Source: an uncultured archaeon
GTDB lineage: Archaea; Asgardarchaeota; Thorarchaeia; Thorarchaeales; Thorarchaeaceae
Assembly (NCBI GenBank): GCA_964590575.1
Contig: CAZPWM010000006.1
Location: 1-61,986, forward strand
DNA length: 61,986 bases
Direction: 5' to 3'
In this document: positions 19,861-28,579 of the stretch, piece after piece
How the letters are laid out: every line of letters starts with the position of its first letter
Position numbering within the stretch: the first letter of the stretch is position 1
The notes under the pieces: model-generated
Database searches by the model: none
Seen by the model: only the letters and a program-made list of their open reading frames with translations
What the model was told of the DNA's origin: nothing
Translations under genes and position numbers: made by a program

Positions 19861-21312
19861 ATGCTCGAAGCGCGAAACTTAACCTTCTCATACGACGGTA
19901 CCACTCTAGTCCTAGATTCACTGGATTTTCAGGTGAAACGAGGAGAGATTGTTGTCATCACAGGATCTACCGGATCTGGTAAGTCCACCCTAGCAAAGTG
20001 TTTCACCGGATTCATCCCTCATAGTATCCAAGGTGACTTCTCTGGCTCCGTTTTCATCGATGATATAGATATTTCAGAACTTCCGATAGCTGAGATTGCG
20101 CGACAGGTCGCTTTGGTGCAACAAGATCCGGAGAGCCAGATATGTACTCTCCAAGCTTCTGACGAGGTAGCTTTTGGTCCTGAGAACTATAGTACTGAGG
20201 CTAAGGAAATATCAATACTAGTTGACTCATCACTGAAATCAGTGGATTCTGAACACCTCTATGATCGAGCCACCTTTGAGTTATCTGGAGGAGAAAAACA
20301 GCGACTTATCATCGCTTCGATGACTGCCTGCAAGCCTGATTTCCTGATTCTCGATGAGCCTTCATCAAGTCTTGACCCAAGAGGTGTAATACGACTACGA
20401 CAGATACTGAAGGACTTACAGAATCAGAATATTGGAGTCATAGTCATAGAACACAATCTTTCGGCGTTTCAATCAATTGCTGATAGAGTTTTGACCTTGT
20501 CAGATGGGAAAATTCAGACTGTTGACACGCGATCGTCACAAGAACTGACGCAAATCACTCCAAGAAAATTTGAAGATACTGAACCACTCCTCCTCACCGC
20601 AAAGAATCTCGAGTTCTCATATGGAGACCGGAAGGTGATCAACAATGTAACAATGGGTATACGCAAGGGTGAGATTATTGGTCTGATGGGTGACAACGGG
20701 TCTGGAAAGACGACTCTTCTGGGAATACTTGGTGGTTTACTGACCCCCGATAGTGGAACAATACAACTCAAAGACACTCCATTGGGGAAACTGAATGCAA
20801 AGGAAATAGCTCAAGAGATTGTGATGGTGTTTCAGAATCCAAATCATCAGATTTTTGAAAAAACAGTCTGGAATGAGCAGATTTTGATGCTAAAAGCTCT
20901 AGATTTGGTCTCTTTTGACACACTTCAACAGTGTGAAAGTGCTCTGGGTAAGGCTGGCATCAAAGAATTGAAGGATAGAAATCCTTTCTCACTGAGTCAT
21001 GGACAGAAACGACGTCTCAATGTGAGCTCAGTAATCATACATAATCCAGAGGTTCTATTGCTGGATGAACCATTCATTGGACAGGATAAGGAAGGGCGCG
21101 AGTTCATCAGAGAGACCGTGTTGGAAATAACTGAACGCGGAGGGATTGCTCTTATCGTCACTCATGATCCGGATTTTGTATCCCGGCACTGTAATCGAGT
21201 AATTTTCATGGAGAAAGGTGCCATACTTCTCGATGGTCTTCCCTCATCTGTTTTAGAGCGTTTGAAAACTATTAACTACAAAGAATATACTGATGTGGGG
21301 GCGCAACCCTAG
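19861..21312 (+). CDS. ECF transporter duplicated ATPase
   Basis: Two Walker A (GSTGSGKST, GDNGSGKTT), LSGGEKQR and LSHGQKRR signatures. Confidence 0.93.
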   Translation: MLEARNLTFSYDGTTLVLDSLDFQVKRGEIVVITGSTGSGKSTLAKCFTGFIPHSIQGDFSGSVFIDDIDISELPIAEIARQVALVQQDPESQICTLQASDEVAFGPENYSTEAKEISILVDSSLKSVDSEHLYDRATFELSGGEKQRLIIASMTACKPDFLILDEPSSSLDPRGVIRLRQILKDLQNQNIGVIVIEHNLSAFQSIADRVLTLSDGKIQTVDTRSSQELTQITPRKFEDTEPLLLTAKNLEFSYGDRKVINNVTMGIRKGEIIGLMGDNGSGKTTLLGILGGLLTPDSGTIQLKDTPLGKLNAKEIAQEIVMVFQNPNHQIFEKTVWNEQILMLKALDLVSFDTLQQCESALGKAGIKELKDRNPFSLSHGQKRRLNVSSVIIHNPEVLLLDEPFIGQDKEGREFIRETVLEITERGGIALIVTHDPDFVSRHCNRVIFMEKGAILLDGLPSSVLERLKTINYKEYTDVGAQP

Positions 21313-22134
21313 TTGACGTCTCGATTTGGGTTCGTCAAGAATGATACCCTACTGCACAGGCTCAATCCAGCTCTGAAGCTTTTTGCTCTAATCGTTTTGA
21401 TGGTCGGAATCATTGTATATCCTAGTTGGAAACTCTCGATTGTATTACTATTCATAGTATTCATCGAATTTCGTGTCGCCAAAGTTTCGATTCGTCTGAC
21501 AAAGGGTCGTACCAAATTCATAGTGATATTCTCTGTATTGTTACTCTTAGTCCAAGTGTTAGTCACTACAAATGGTGTCCTTTTGGGGTTCATTATACCG
21601 CAGATTGGAGGATTTGGTCCCCTATTTCCAATCACTGATTTTGGACTTGTACGAGGACTTGCGATATCCAGTCGATTTCTCCTATTGGTTTTCTCAAGTA
21701 TGCTCTTTGTATCAGTAACAGATCCAACTCTTTTGGCTCACTCACTGACTAGACTTAGAATTCCCTACAGGTATAGCTTTTCTCTTGTAATTGCATTGAG
21801 ATTTCTTCCACTGTTTGACTTAGAAAATCACACAGTTCGGATGGCTCAGAAATCCAGAGGAATAACTGCTGAAGTGACAAGTCTTAGTAAGATAATACGT
21901 ACAGTTCAGTATACTTTCTTCCCATTACTTGTTTCAGCATTATCACGCGTAGATTCACTCTCAATGTCGATGGATGGGAGGGGTTTTGGATATAGTGCTG
22001 ACCGTTCGTATCTCCGAAAATCATCCTGGAGCGTGAGTGACACAATAGTGACAGCTCTCACAATCTGTTTTCTTGTAGTCTGTCTATTTCTCGCAGCAGG
22101 ATATCTTCCAGAAATCTCCTCATTTCTGACCTAG
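21313..22134 (+). CDS. ECF transporter T-component (CbiQ/EcfT)
   Basis: LHRLNP, ALRFLP, AQKSRG, SMDGRGF. Confidence 0.93.
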   Translation: MTSRFGFVKNDTLLHRLNPALKLFALIVLMVGIIVYPSWKLSIVLLFIVFIEFRVAKVSIRLTKGRTKFIVIFSVLLLLVQVLVTTNGVLLGFIIPQIGGFGPLFPITDFGLVRGLAISSRFLLLVFSSMLFVSVTDPTLLAHSLTRLRIPYRYSFSLVIALRFLPLFDLENHTVRMAQKSRGITAEVTSLSKIIRTVQYTFFPLLVSALSRVDSLSMSMDGRGFGYSADRSYLRKSSWSVSDTIVTALTICFLVVCLFLAAGYLPEISSFLT

Positions 22135-22376
22135 ACAAATGATAGCAGGTCTGGTGGAAGTCGTACTGCACACTCTCTACTCCGTGGTACATAATTTGGA
22201 AAAGGAATTCTTCGCTCGTATTGAGAAGATCCAACACCTTTACACCGTCTTGACTCTGAATCATAGTACCTACATTCAACGCAGGAAATTGTGCTATCGG
22301 GAGGATACTGTACTGGAACATCGACAAAATCTCCTCTGGTTTTGTCCCAAGTGCGAAGTATCCGTGTCATTCTCAT
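22131..22376 (-). CDS. Small Cys-containing hypothetical protein
   Basis: CVECRYY...C...C; start placed at MRMT to avoid overlap with the methylase. Confidence 0.55.
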   Translation of the reverse strand: MRMTRILRTWDKTRGDFVDVPVQYPPDSTISCVECRYYDSESRRCKGVGSSQYERRIPFPNYVPRSRECAVRLPPDLLSFV

Positions 22377-22398
22377 AAAATACTGTCTGGTGGAGGTG

Positions 22399-24549
22399 CT
22401 ATAAACCACCCAACAACGCTTCAATCGACTCCAATGCAATCTCTGGACTCACGGTTCTGTCACCATCCATCACCATGGGGTAGTGTTTTGAGTAGAGTTC
22501 CAAACTTTTTCCTAATATCATTGCGAATATATCTACAGAACTTGGCGTTTCACCATTGTCCTGTAGGCGTGCTATTGTCTTTTGCACAGAACGTTCGATT
22601 GAATTCTTGATAGATTTCCACGATTTTGGAGATGTTTCCTCACCCCTTTTTCGACATACAAAAATCATGTCGTACACAATATTCTCCAATTCATGAAGAT
22701 GAGTTGATGCCTTCATCTCACTTCGCACCGGATAAGTGGTCGTGACATAGAATCCAGAGTCCAATATCACTCTGAGTATAGCACCCCAAGCTTCCTGATT
22801 CCTATGATGAAAGGTAAAAACCAGGATTCCATCATGGGATAGTACTCTATTAGCTTCTGAAAACACCTTGGTCAGACCATGAATGAACTCGTCCTTTCCC
22901 TTTCCTTGGTATCGGTTTTCAATGACTTCCTCCTCTGTTGGTACAAATTGGTCTTTGAAGATTTCATATCGATCCTTCAATGCAATCCGTAGCCAGATAT
23001 AGAAAAAGTTGGATAATTCAGAGTACATCACATTCCCATAGTATGGCGGATCCGTCACAACAGCATCTACAACACCATCTGGAATCTCAAGATGTTCAGA
23101 TGATCCACATCTTAGCATGACATCTGCATTTTTGACTAAATTTTGGTAATTTTCAGCTATTCTTGATGGTTTTTGGGGTTGAAGTTTTACTTTCTTCATT
23201 GACTTATCATCATGAACTCGCTCGAAGGGGTTCCTACAGTACTTTTTTCCTTCAATTACGAGATTGACAAACGCTGTAAAAGCGCCTCTCCCCTTTGCAG
23301 TATCATAACAATTTGCTTCAACGGGCGACATTGAAGGGGAGAATGAATGAGTTCGAAAGATATCAGTAATGAATCCTCGAGTTGCGTTATATTTGGCAAA
23401 CATGTTATTGTATTTTAGACTGTTAGAGAAAGCCAAGAGAAAGAACTCTTTGAGATTCCAGTCCTCAATTCCAAGAATCCAACGATAGATCTTTCCTAGA
23501 TTCAGCAACTGCCTAGGACTGAACATGTCACTGAATTTCCTATACCCATGATTCAGTGCTCGCTTTGTTTCTACTCCGAGTGGAATCATAGTATCTGGAA
23601 TTGGTAGATCTTTGCTTATGTTTTGAAACTCTTCTAGTGCATTTTCCACAAGTTTTCTATCCATCTTGTCAGGAGATTTGTACCCCCTTCCATTCGCTAA
23701 TTTCTTGTTTTTTGAGTTGTCACAGTGCTTACAATGGAACTCAATGGCATACATTCTCTCCTTAAACATGCCAGATTTTCGAGCAATATCAATGATTTTC
23801 TCACTATGACCGCAATCGGAACATGTGAACCTACGTCCCTTAGAGAATGAAACCTTGGTAGGTATGTATTTTTCGTTACATTTTATACATTTGGTCAATT
23901 TTTGTGCATTTGTTGTTTCAAAAATATTCCAACACTGTGGACAAATCACAAAATCACCAGTCCCAGTGGGGTTCCTAGCGAGGAAAAAATTGCGCATTAG
24001 GGGAATCTCTTTTGCGCATTTAGTACATGAGCTCACTTTGTAATAGTAATAATAGATTGCCTCAGCTGTTTTTCCACACTCAGGACATTTTGTTTGATAG
24101 TATCTTCTGATATCAGATCCCAACTCATCATCTAGTTTCTGAAGAGTATTAACAAGAAGTTCTGGATCAATATCCTCTACCTGTTTTTTCACTAAGAACC
24201 ATGATACAGGATTGAGGTCTCCTGCAATCACTTTACATCCAAGTTTTAGTGCTTCGATTACTGTTGTCCCACCTCCCATCATTGGGTCGAGTACAACTTT
24301 TCCACTCAGATTGACATCCTTCGAGTAGAACTCCCAGAGACTGCTCGGTTTTCCATTCCATTCTTCAAGATTATCATCAGCAAGAGAATAGAGAAGAATT
24401 GTTCTGAACACCGAACCAAGTCGTCGTGCCCACCACTTATGCATAACATAGACTGGTCTGTAGTGCCGTCTTCCAAAACCAGTCGACTCCTTCTCAGCTA
24501 TCTTGTTAACTTGAGCAATCGGAAAGGTCGATTCTATAGCTCTTTTCAG
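22399..24549 (-). CDS. Adenine-specific DNA methyltransferase with zinc ribbons (DUF1156-type)
   Basis: HKWWARR, DPMMGGGTT, TDPPYY, several CxxC pairs; frame open upstream to a CTG behind GGAGG. Confidence 0.9.
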   Translation of the reverse strand: MKRAIESTFPIAQVNKIAEKESTGFGRRHYRPVYVMHKWWARRLGSVFRTILLYSLADDNLEEWNGKPSSLWEFYSKDVNLSGKVVLDPMMGGGTTVIEALKLGCKVIAGDLNPVSWFLVKKQVEDIDPELLVNTLQKLDDELGSDIRRYYQTKCPECGKTAEAIYYYYYKVSSCTKCAKEIPLMRNFFLARNPTGTGDFVICPQCWNIFETTNAQKLTKCIKCNEKYIPTKVSFSKGRRFTCSDCGHSEKIIDIARKSGMFKERMYAIEFHCKHCDNSKNKKLANGRGYKSPDKMDRKLVENALEEFQNISKDLPIPDTMIPLGVETKRALNHGYRKFSDMFSPRQLLNLGKIYRWILGIEDWNLKEFFLLAFSNSLKYNNMFAKYNATRGFITDIFRTHSFSPSMSPVEANCYDTAKGRGAFTAFVNLVIEGKKYCRNPFERVHDDKSMKKVKLQPQKPSRIAENYQNLVKNADVMLRCGSSEHLEIPDGVVDAVVTDPPYYGNVMYSELSNFFYIWLRIALKDRYEIFKDQFVPTEEEVIENRYQGKGKDEFIHGLTKVFSEANRVLSHDGILVFTFHHRNQEAWGAILRVILDSGFYVTTTYPVRSEMKASTHLHELENIVYDMIFVCRKRGEETSPKSWKSIKNSIERSVQKTIARLQDNGETPSSVDIFAMILGKSLELYSKHYPMVMDGDRTVSPEIALESIEALLGGL

Positions 24550-24607
24550 CTGGACTTTGCCTCCAACTTTATGTGATACAATACACCCCTTTCAACATTA
24601 CTAAGTT

Positions 24608-25459
24608 TCACTGAATTATCCTTCTCTCCATGAAAAATCCTGGAATTGTATAGTTCATAGTTCTGAAAGCTTCTAGGCTCATATCATCCTCTGAATGAAG
24701 AAGAATATACACTGTAGAATAGCCTGAATTCTTAGTCCATTTTTCTATTGAGTAGACCAATGCTTCTCCCAAATCATCAGTTCCATTCTGAGTAACAATG
24801 GAGAGCTCATAAATCATCACGACTTTTTCACTAAAGCCTGAAACTCCGACCCATGCTGAACCTACTAACTCCTCATTGTCAGTAAATGCAATAAGACGTA
24901 GATGCATTTTCGAATCATTATTGTATTTACTGAGATAATCTTCATACCGCTTCTCGATTATTTCATTCTCTACATCTTGTGAAAATAACACTCTTCTCCT
25001 GAATCTTTGAAGTCCAACCATTCGGACCGAGTTTCTATCTACTTTTACTTCTTCCCTGATCAGAAACTTGGAATTGATTGGTGGAATCGAATAGTCTTGA
25101 TCCACTCTTTTTGAGATAGGTACTATTTTCATTCTATAGCCGGTCTTTTCGTAAAGTGCTATCGCACCCTCATTGTCTGAATGAACAAAAAGTCCAATAT
25201 TATGATTTAGTTCAAATGCAAACTCCTCTGCTTTCTTCATCAATTGTCTTCCTAATCCATTGCCTCGGGATTCGGGAGCTACAACAATATCATAGATCCA
25301 TAATGGAGTCTGTATATCCCAAAAATCTTGGCTCTTCCTCATTCCCATCCACAAATAACCACAACGTTTTCCATCATCATGTTCTGCGATGAAAACTCTG
25401 GCGGTTGGAGCACTAAAGTCAAAATACTCTTCGTTTCCTTTCCTATGGATTTCTAACAT
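24608..25459 (-). CDS. Tandem GNAT acetyltransferase
   Basis: IYDIVVAPESRGNGLG, NEGAIALYEKTGY; second degenerate GNAT domain. Confidence 0.88.
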   Translation of the reverse strand: MLEIHRKGNEEYFDFSAPTARVFIAEHDDGKRCGYLWMGMRKSQDFWDIQTPLWIYDIVVAPESRGNGLGRQLMKKAEEFAFELNHNIGLFVHSDNEGAIALYEKTGYRMKIVPISKRVDQDYSIPPINSKFLIREEVKVDRNSVRMVGLQRFRRRVLFSQDVENEIIEKRYEDYLSKYNNDSKMHLRLIAFTDNEELVGSAWVGVSGFSEKVVMIYELSIVTQNGTDDLGEALVYSIEKWTKNSGYSTVYILLHSEDDMSLEAFRTMNYTIPGFFMERRIIQ

Positions 25460-25485
25460 CTCAGCTTCAGTGATGAATCTAAGAA

Positions 25486-25712
25486 GGGTGAAAACGACCG
25501 CGCTGTGGAAAAAACTGTGGAAACCATTTCTGTAGCTGACAGTGATGTGTCAGTTATGAAACAGGATAAAGAAGCCAGGTCTGTAGAAGGGGTTGCATCC
25601 CGATGATATCAGACAATAATCCAACTAGGCTCTGGGTGACACCATGGACAGATGGCGACATCAGGTTGGGTAGGGGTAGAACACAGAAGTCGCTCACAGT
25701 TGATGTTCACTC
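25486..25712. ncRNA. Candidate structured non-coding RNA
   Basis: Nested pairings GGGTGAA/TTCACTC and two CTGTG/CACAG enclosing three hairpins; no ORF. Confidence 0.4.
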
Positions 25713-25815
25713 AACAATAGTAAGAGATAGGTCAAGAGCTACGTCCCGAATTCTGAAATATACAGTGATAATAGAGTAATCCTTTTAACAAAACGAAATA
25801 GGACAAGAGCCGCAT

Positions 25816-25954
25816 CGGAGCGTAGCTCAACCTGGCAGTCTGCTGTACATCTTGTGCATCAGGTCATAAGCAATGGACTGTAGAGAGCGGCCGTCGCGAC
25901 AGCTTGTTCGCAGCTATCCATCGGTTGCCGGTTCAAATCCGGCCGCTCCGACCA
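25816..25954 (+). tRNA. tRNA-Tyr(GTA) with two introns (D arm and 37/38)
   Basis: CGGAGCG/CGCTCCG acceptor, ATGGA-CTGTAGA...TCCAT, GCCGG-TTCAAAT-CCGGC, ACCA. Confidence 0.9.
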
Positions 25955-26127
25955 CCACCAATTTTATTGATAATTCTCTGAGAAAACTCGGTGTCTTCAA
26001 TATCTCGTCAAAAGGATTGCTGAATGATAACAACTTGATTTTCATCTAGTAGTTATATATTCCTTGAATTATAATCACTAGAATGCTAATACTGAAATAC
26101 TCTCTTTTCTAATATCATCTAGTCGTA

Positions 26128-26916
26128 TTGAGGGGAAATCATTTGTATCTAGCTTATATTGACGAGTCCGGCAAAGCAAGTAAAAGAGATCGGACGCCAA
26201 TATATGTACAAGCAGCCTTTGTAATTCTTGATTATGAATGGCAATCAATTGATAATGCAGTTAATAGATTGAAAACGAAGTGGTTTCCAAATTTACCACC
26301 TTCGGATGTAGAGCTTCATGCATATGAACTCGTGAACCAGAAAGGAAAATACAAAGCGCTCGGTAAAACAAGCTCACTCAAATTATTGGAAGAAGCTTAT
26401 GACTTGATTGTTGGAATAAACTGTACGCTTCTAGCTTCAGTGATTCATAAAAAGAATCTATACAAGCTGAAAACCCAAGATGAAATTGAGTTATGGTCAC
26501 ATCGTTTTCTGTTTGAACGAATCTGTAAATATCTTGAGAAAGAAAATGAGACCCGAATTAAAGCAAACGACACACCGCACTATGGACTTCTAATGATAGA
26601 TTCAGTCAATACAAAGTATGACAACACCATTAGAAGAAAGTACCATGATTTCTTTCATTTTGGAACTCATTATGAAAAGAACGATTACCTTATTGAAGAC
26701 CCTCTTTTTGTTGACTCTCAATATAGAAACATGTCACAACTAGTCGATATTGTTGCATATACAGTATTCCGACGAACGAATAACACCACAAAACAGCATA
26801 ATAAGTGGAATATCATCGATCACACAATAGAGAAAGGATATCAAACTCTTATTCCTCGATTTGATAAAGGTCCCAAAGGACAAATTCTTGGATGTGGAAT
26901 AAAGCATTTCCCATAA
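26128..26916 (+). CDS. DUF3800 domain protein (RNase H-like fold)
   Basis: YIDESG N-terminus, ELHA, FVDS...QLVDIVAY. Confidence 0.88.
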   Translation: MRGNHLYLAYIDESGKASKRDRTPIYVQAAFVILDYEWQSIDNAVNRLKTKWFPNLPPSDVELHAYELVNQKGKYKALGKTSSLKLLEEAYDLIVGINCTLLASVIHKKNLYKLKTQDEIELWSHRFLFERICKYLEKENETRIKANDTPHYGLLMIDSVNTKYDNTIRRKYHDFFHFGTHYEKNDYLIEDPLFVDSQYRNMSQLVDIVAYTVFRRTNNTTKQHNKWNIIDHTIEKGYQTLIPRFDKGPKGQILGCGIKHFP

Positions 26917-26933
26917 GTAATTGAATGATAAAA

Positions 26934-27000
26934 TGGAGTGGGTGACTGTACCAAAGGGTACAGATCCCCACCAATGTTCGCCTAAGGGCGAACTGCTCAT
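26934..27000 (+). ncRNA. Candidate DUF3800-associated structured RNA
   Basis: CTGTACC/GGTACAG and GTTCGCC/GGCGAAC hairpins plus GTGGG/CCCAC directly after the DUF3800 stop. Confidence 0.6.
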
Positions 27001-27094
27001 GTATTAGTATGTAGTACTACAAGTTAAGGTTTCTGTAATGTATATATCCTATTAAACGAACAATTTAGTTTAATGAGAGATCATCGAAAGTAAT

Positions 27095-27140
27095 ACTGTA
27101 GATCCATCGGTTGCCGGTTCAAATCCGGCCGTCCCGACCA
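27095..27140 (+). repeat. Intron-less 3' half of tRNA-Tyr (att-like scar)
   Basis: ACTGTAGATCCATCGGTTGCCGGTTCAAATCCGGCCGTCCCGACCA matches spliced tRNA-Tyr with 2 mismatches. Confidence 0.9.
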
Positions 27141-27364
27141 TTCTTTCTTCAAAGCTCATAGAGGGTTGGTTTGCAACAAAAATCTGAATTTTATTTCGGC
27201 AAACGTCGATTTCCGGAAATCTAATAAAAGCATTCGCCAATGATAGAGTGAGAAATACTACTCGATAGAATAACAACGATGAGCTACACCTCTTGGTCGT
27301 TCAAGATAATGCTGGTCTTGCTTAGGGTGTATTTGTTCACCAGGACCACAGATGATGACCAAGT

Positions 27365-28579
27365 TTGCGAGTTGCCTATAGAGCTGTGATACTCATGTCA
27401 TGGAGTGCATTAGAGAACTACACTGTAGACTCTGTCAGGGTTGCAGTACTAGGTGCGGGACACGCAGGTAGAGGACTTGCTAGCTATCTCTCTATGCATG
27501 GATTTGATGTTTCTCTCTATAATCGCACAATCGCCAATGTCGAGAGAATATCGAAAAGAGGAGGAATCAAGGTTCAGGGTCTTTTTGAGGCATTTGCGTA
27601 TCTCCCACTGGTCACAGATGACATAGCTAAGGCCATTGAAGATCGTGACATACTCATTATTATTGTACCCGCACAGGCACATACTTTTTTAGCAGAGTCC
27701 ATGGTTCCCCACCTAAAATCTGAGCAGACAATACTTCTAATGCCGGGTAGGACTGGTGGTGCACTCGAGTTTGCCAGAATCTTGAGATCACTATCCTATA
27801 CTGATGAAATTTTGTTGGGAGAGGCTCAAACATTCAGCTTCGTATCAAGGATTACTGGAACAGACTCTGTGTTGATTTCCAAGGTTAAGAACAGTACAAA
27901 GGTAAGTGCTTTTCCAGCATCCCATAATCGTCGGTTTATGAGGAGTATTAGACGACTTCCAATTACATTCAATATGGCTAATGATGTCATGGAAACCAGC
28001 CTTGATAACGTCGGCGCGATGTTACATCCAACACCCACGATTCTCTGCGCAGGTTTATTGGAGTCAAAAGAAGGTGGATACAACCACTATTATGATGCTA
28101 TTTCCGAATCAGTAGGACGACTAATAGAACGAATGGATGCCGAGAGAATCAGTGTATCTCATGAGTTTGTTTCTCAATCTCTATCTCTTCTGGAATGGTT
28201 GAGGAGCACCTATGATGCTGAAGGAACTACGCTGCGTGAGTGTATTCGAAGTATTGACGCCTATGATGATGTAGGCAGCCCCTCATCATTGGATCATCGT
28301 TACGTATTGGAAGATGTACCCACCGGTCTCGTACCCATCTCCTATCTTGGACGACTTGCTGGAGTTGAAACTCCTGCTATAGATACTGTTGTCAATATGG
28401 CCTGTCAGCTCTATAATCATGATTTCTGGAGTAGTGGAAGGAATCTTAGAAGTCTGGGTCTTGAGGGATTGAACCCAAGTGAAGTAGGGGAATTTGTCAG
28501 AAATGGAGCCATGCCAGAGAAATATACAGAGCTTCACGAGATATCTGATGCGTTTGGATTGAAGGTGGATGAAATTTGA
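27365..28579 (+). CDS. NAD/NADP octopine/nopaline (opine) dehydrogenase family protein
   Basis: GAGHAG Rossmann motif, PGRTGGALEF, HRYVLEDVPTGLVP. Confidence 0.88.
   Translation: MRVAYRAVILMSWSALENYTVDSVRVAVLGAGHAGRGLASYLSMHGFDVSLYNRTIANVERISKRGGIKVQGLFEAFAYLPLVTDDIAKAIEDRDILIIIVPAQAHTFLAESMVPHLKSEQTILLMPGRTGGALEFARILRSLSYTDEILLGEAQTFSFVSRITGTDSVLISKVKNSTKVSAFPASHNRRFMRSIRRLPITFNMANDVMETSLDNVGAMLHPTPTILCAGLLESKEGGYNHYYDAISESVGRLIERMDAERISVSHEFVSQSLSLLEWLRSTYDAEGTTLRECIRSIDAYDDVGSPSSLDHRYVLEDVPTGLVPISYLGRLAGVETPAIDTVVNMACQLYNHDFWSSGRNLRSLGLEGLNPSEVGEFVRNGAMPEKYTELHEISDAFGLKVDEI

Noticed and set aside
25486-25712. RNase P or SRP RNA identity for the structured region
   Set aside because: No GAGGAAAGUCC-type P4 strand or SRP helix-8 motif found on either strand.
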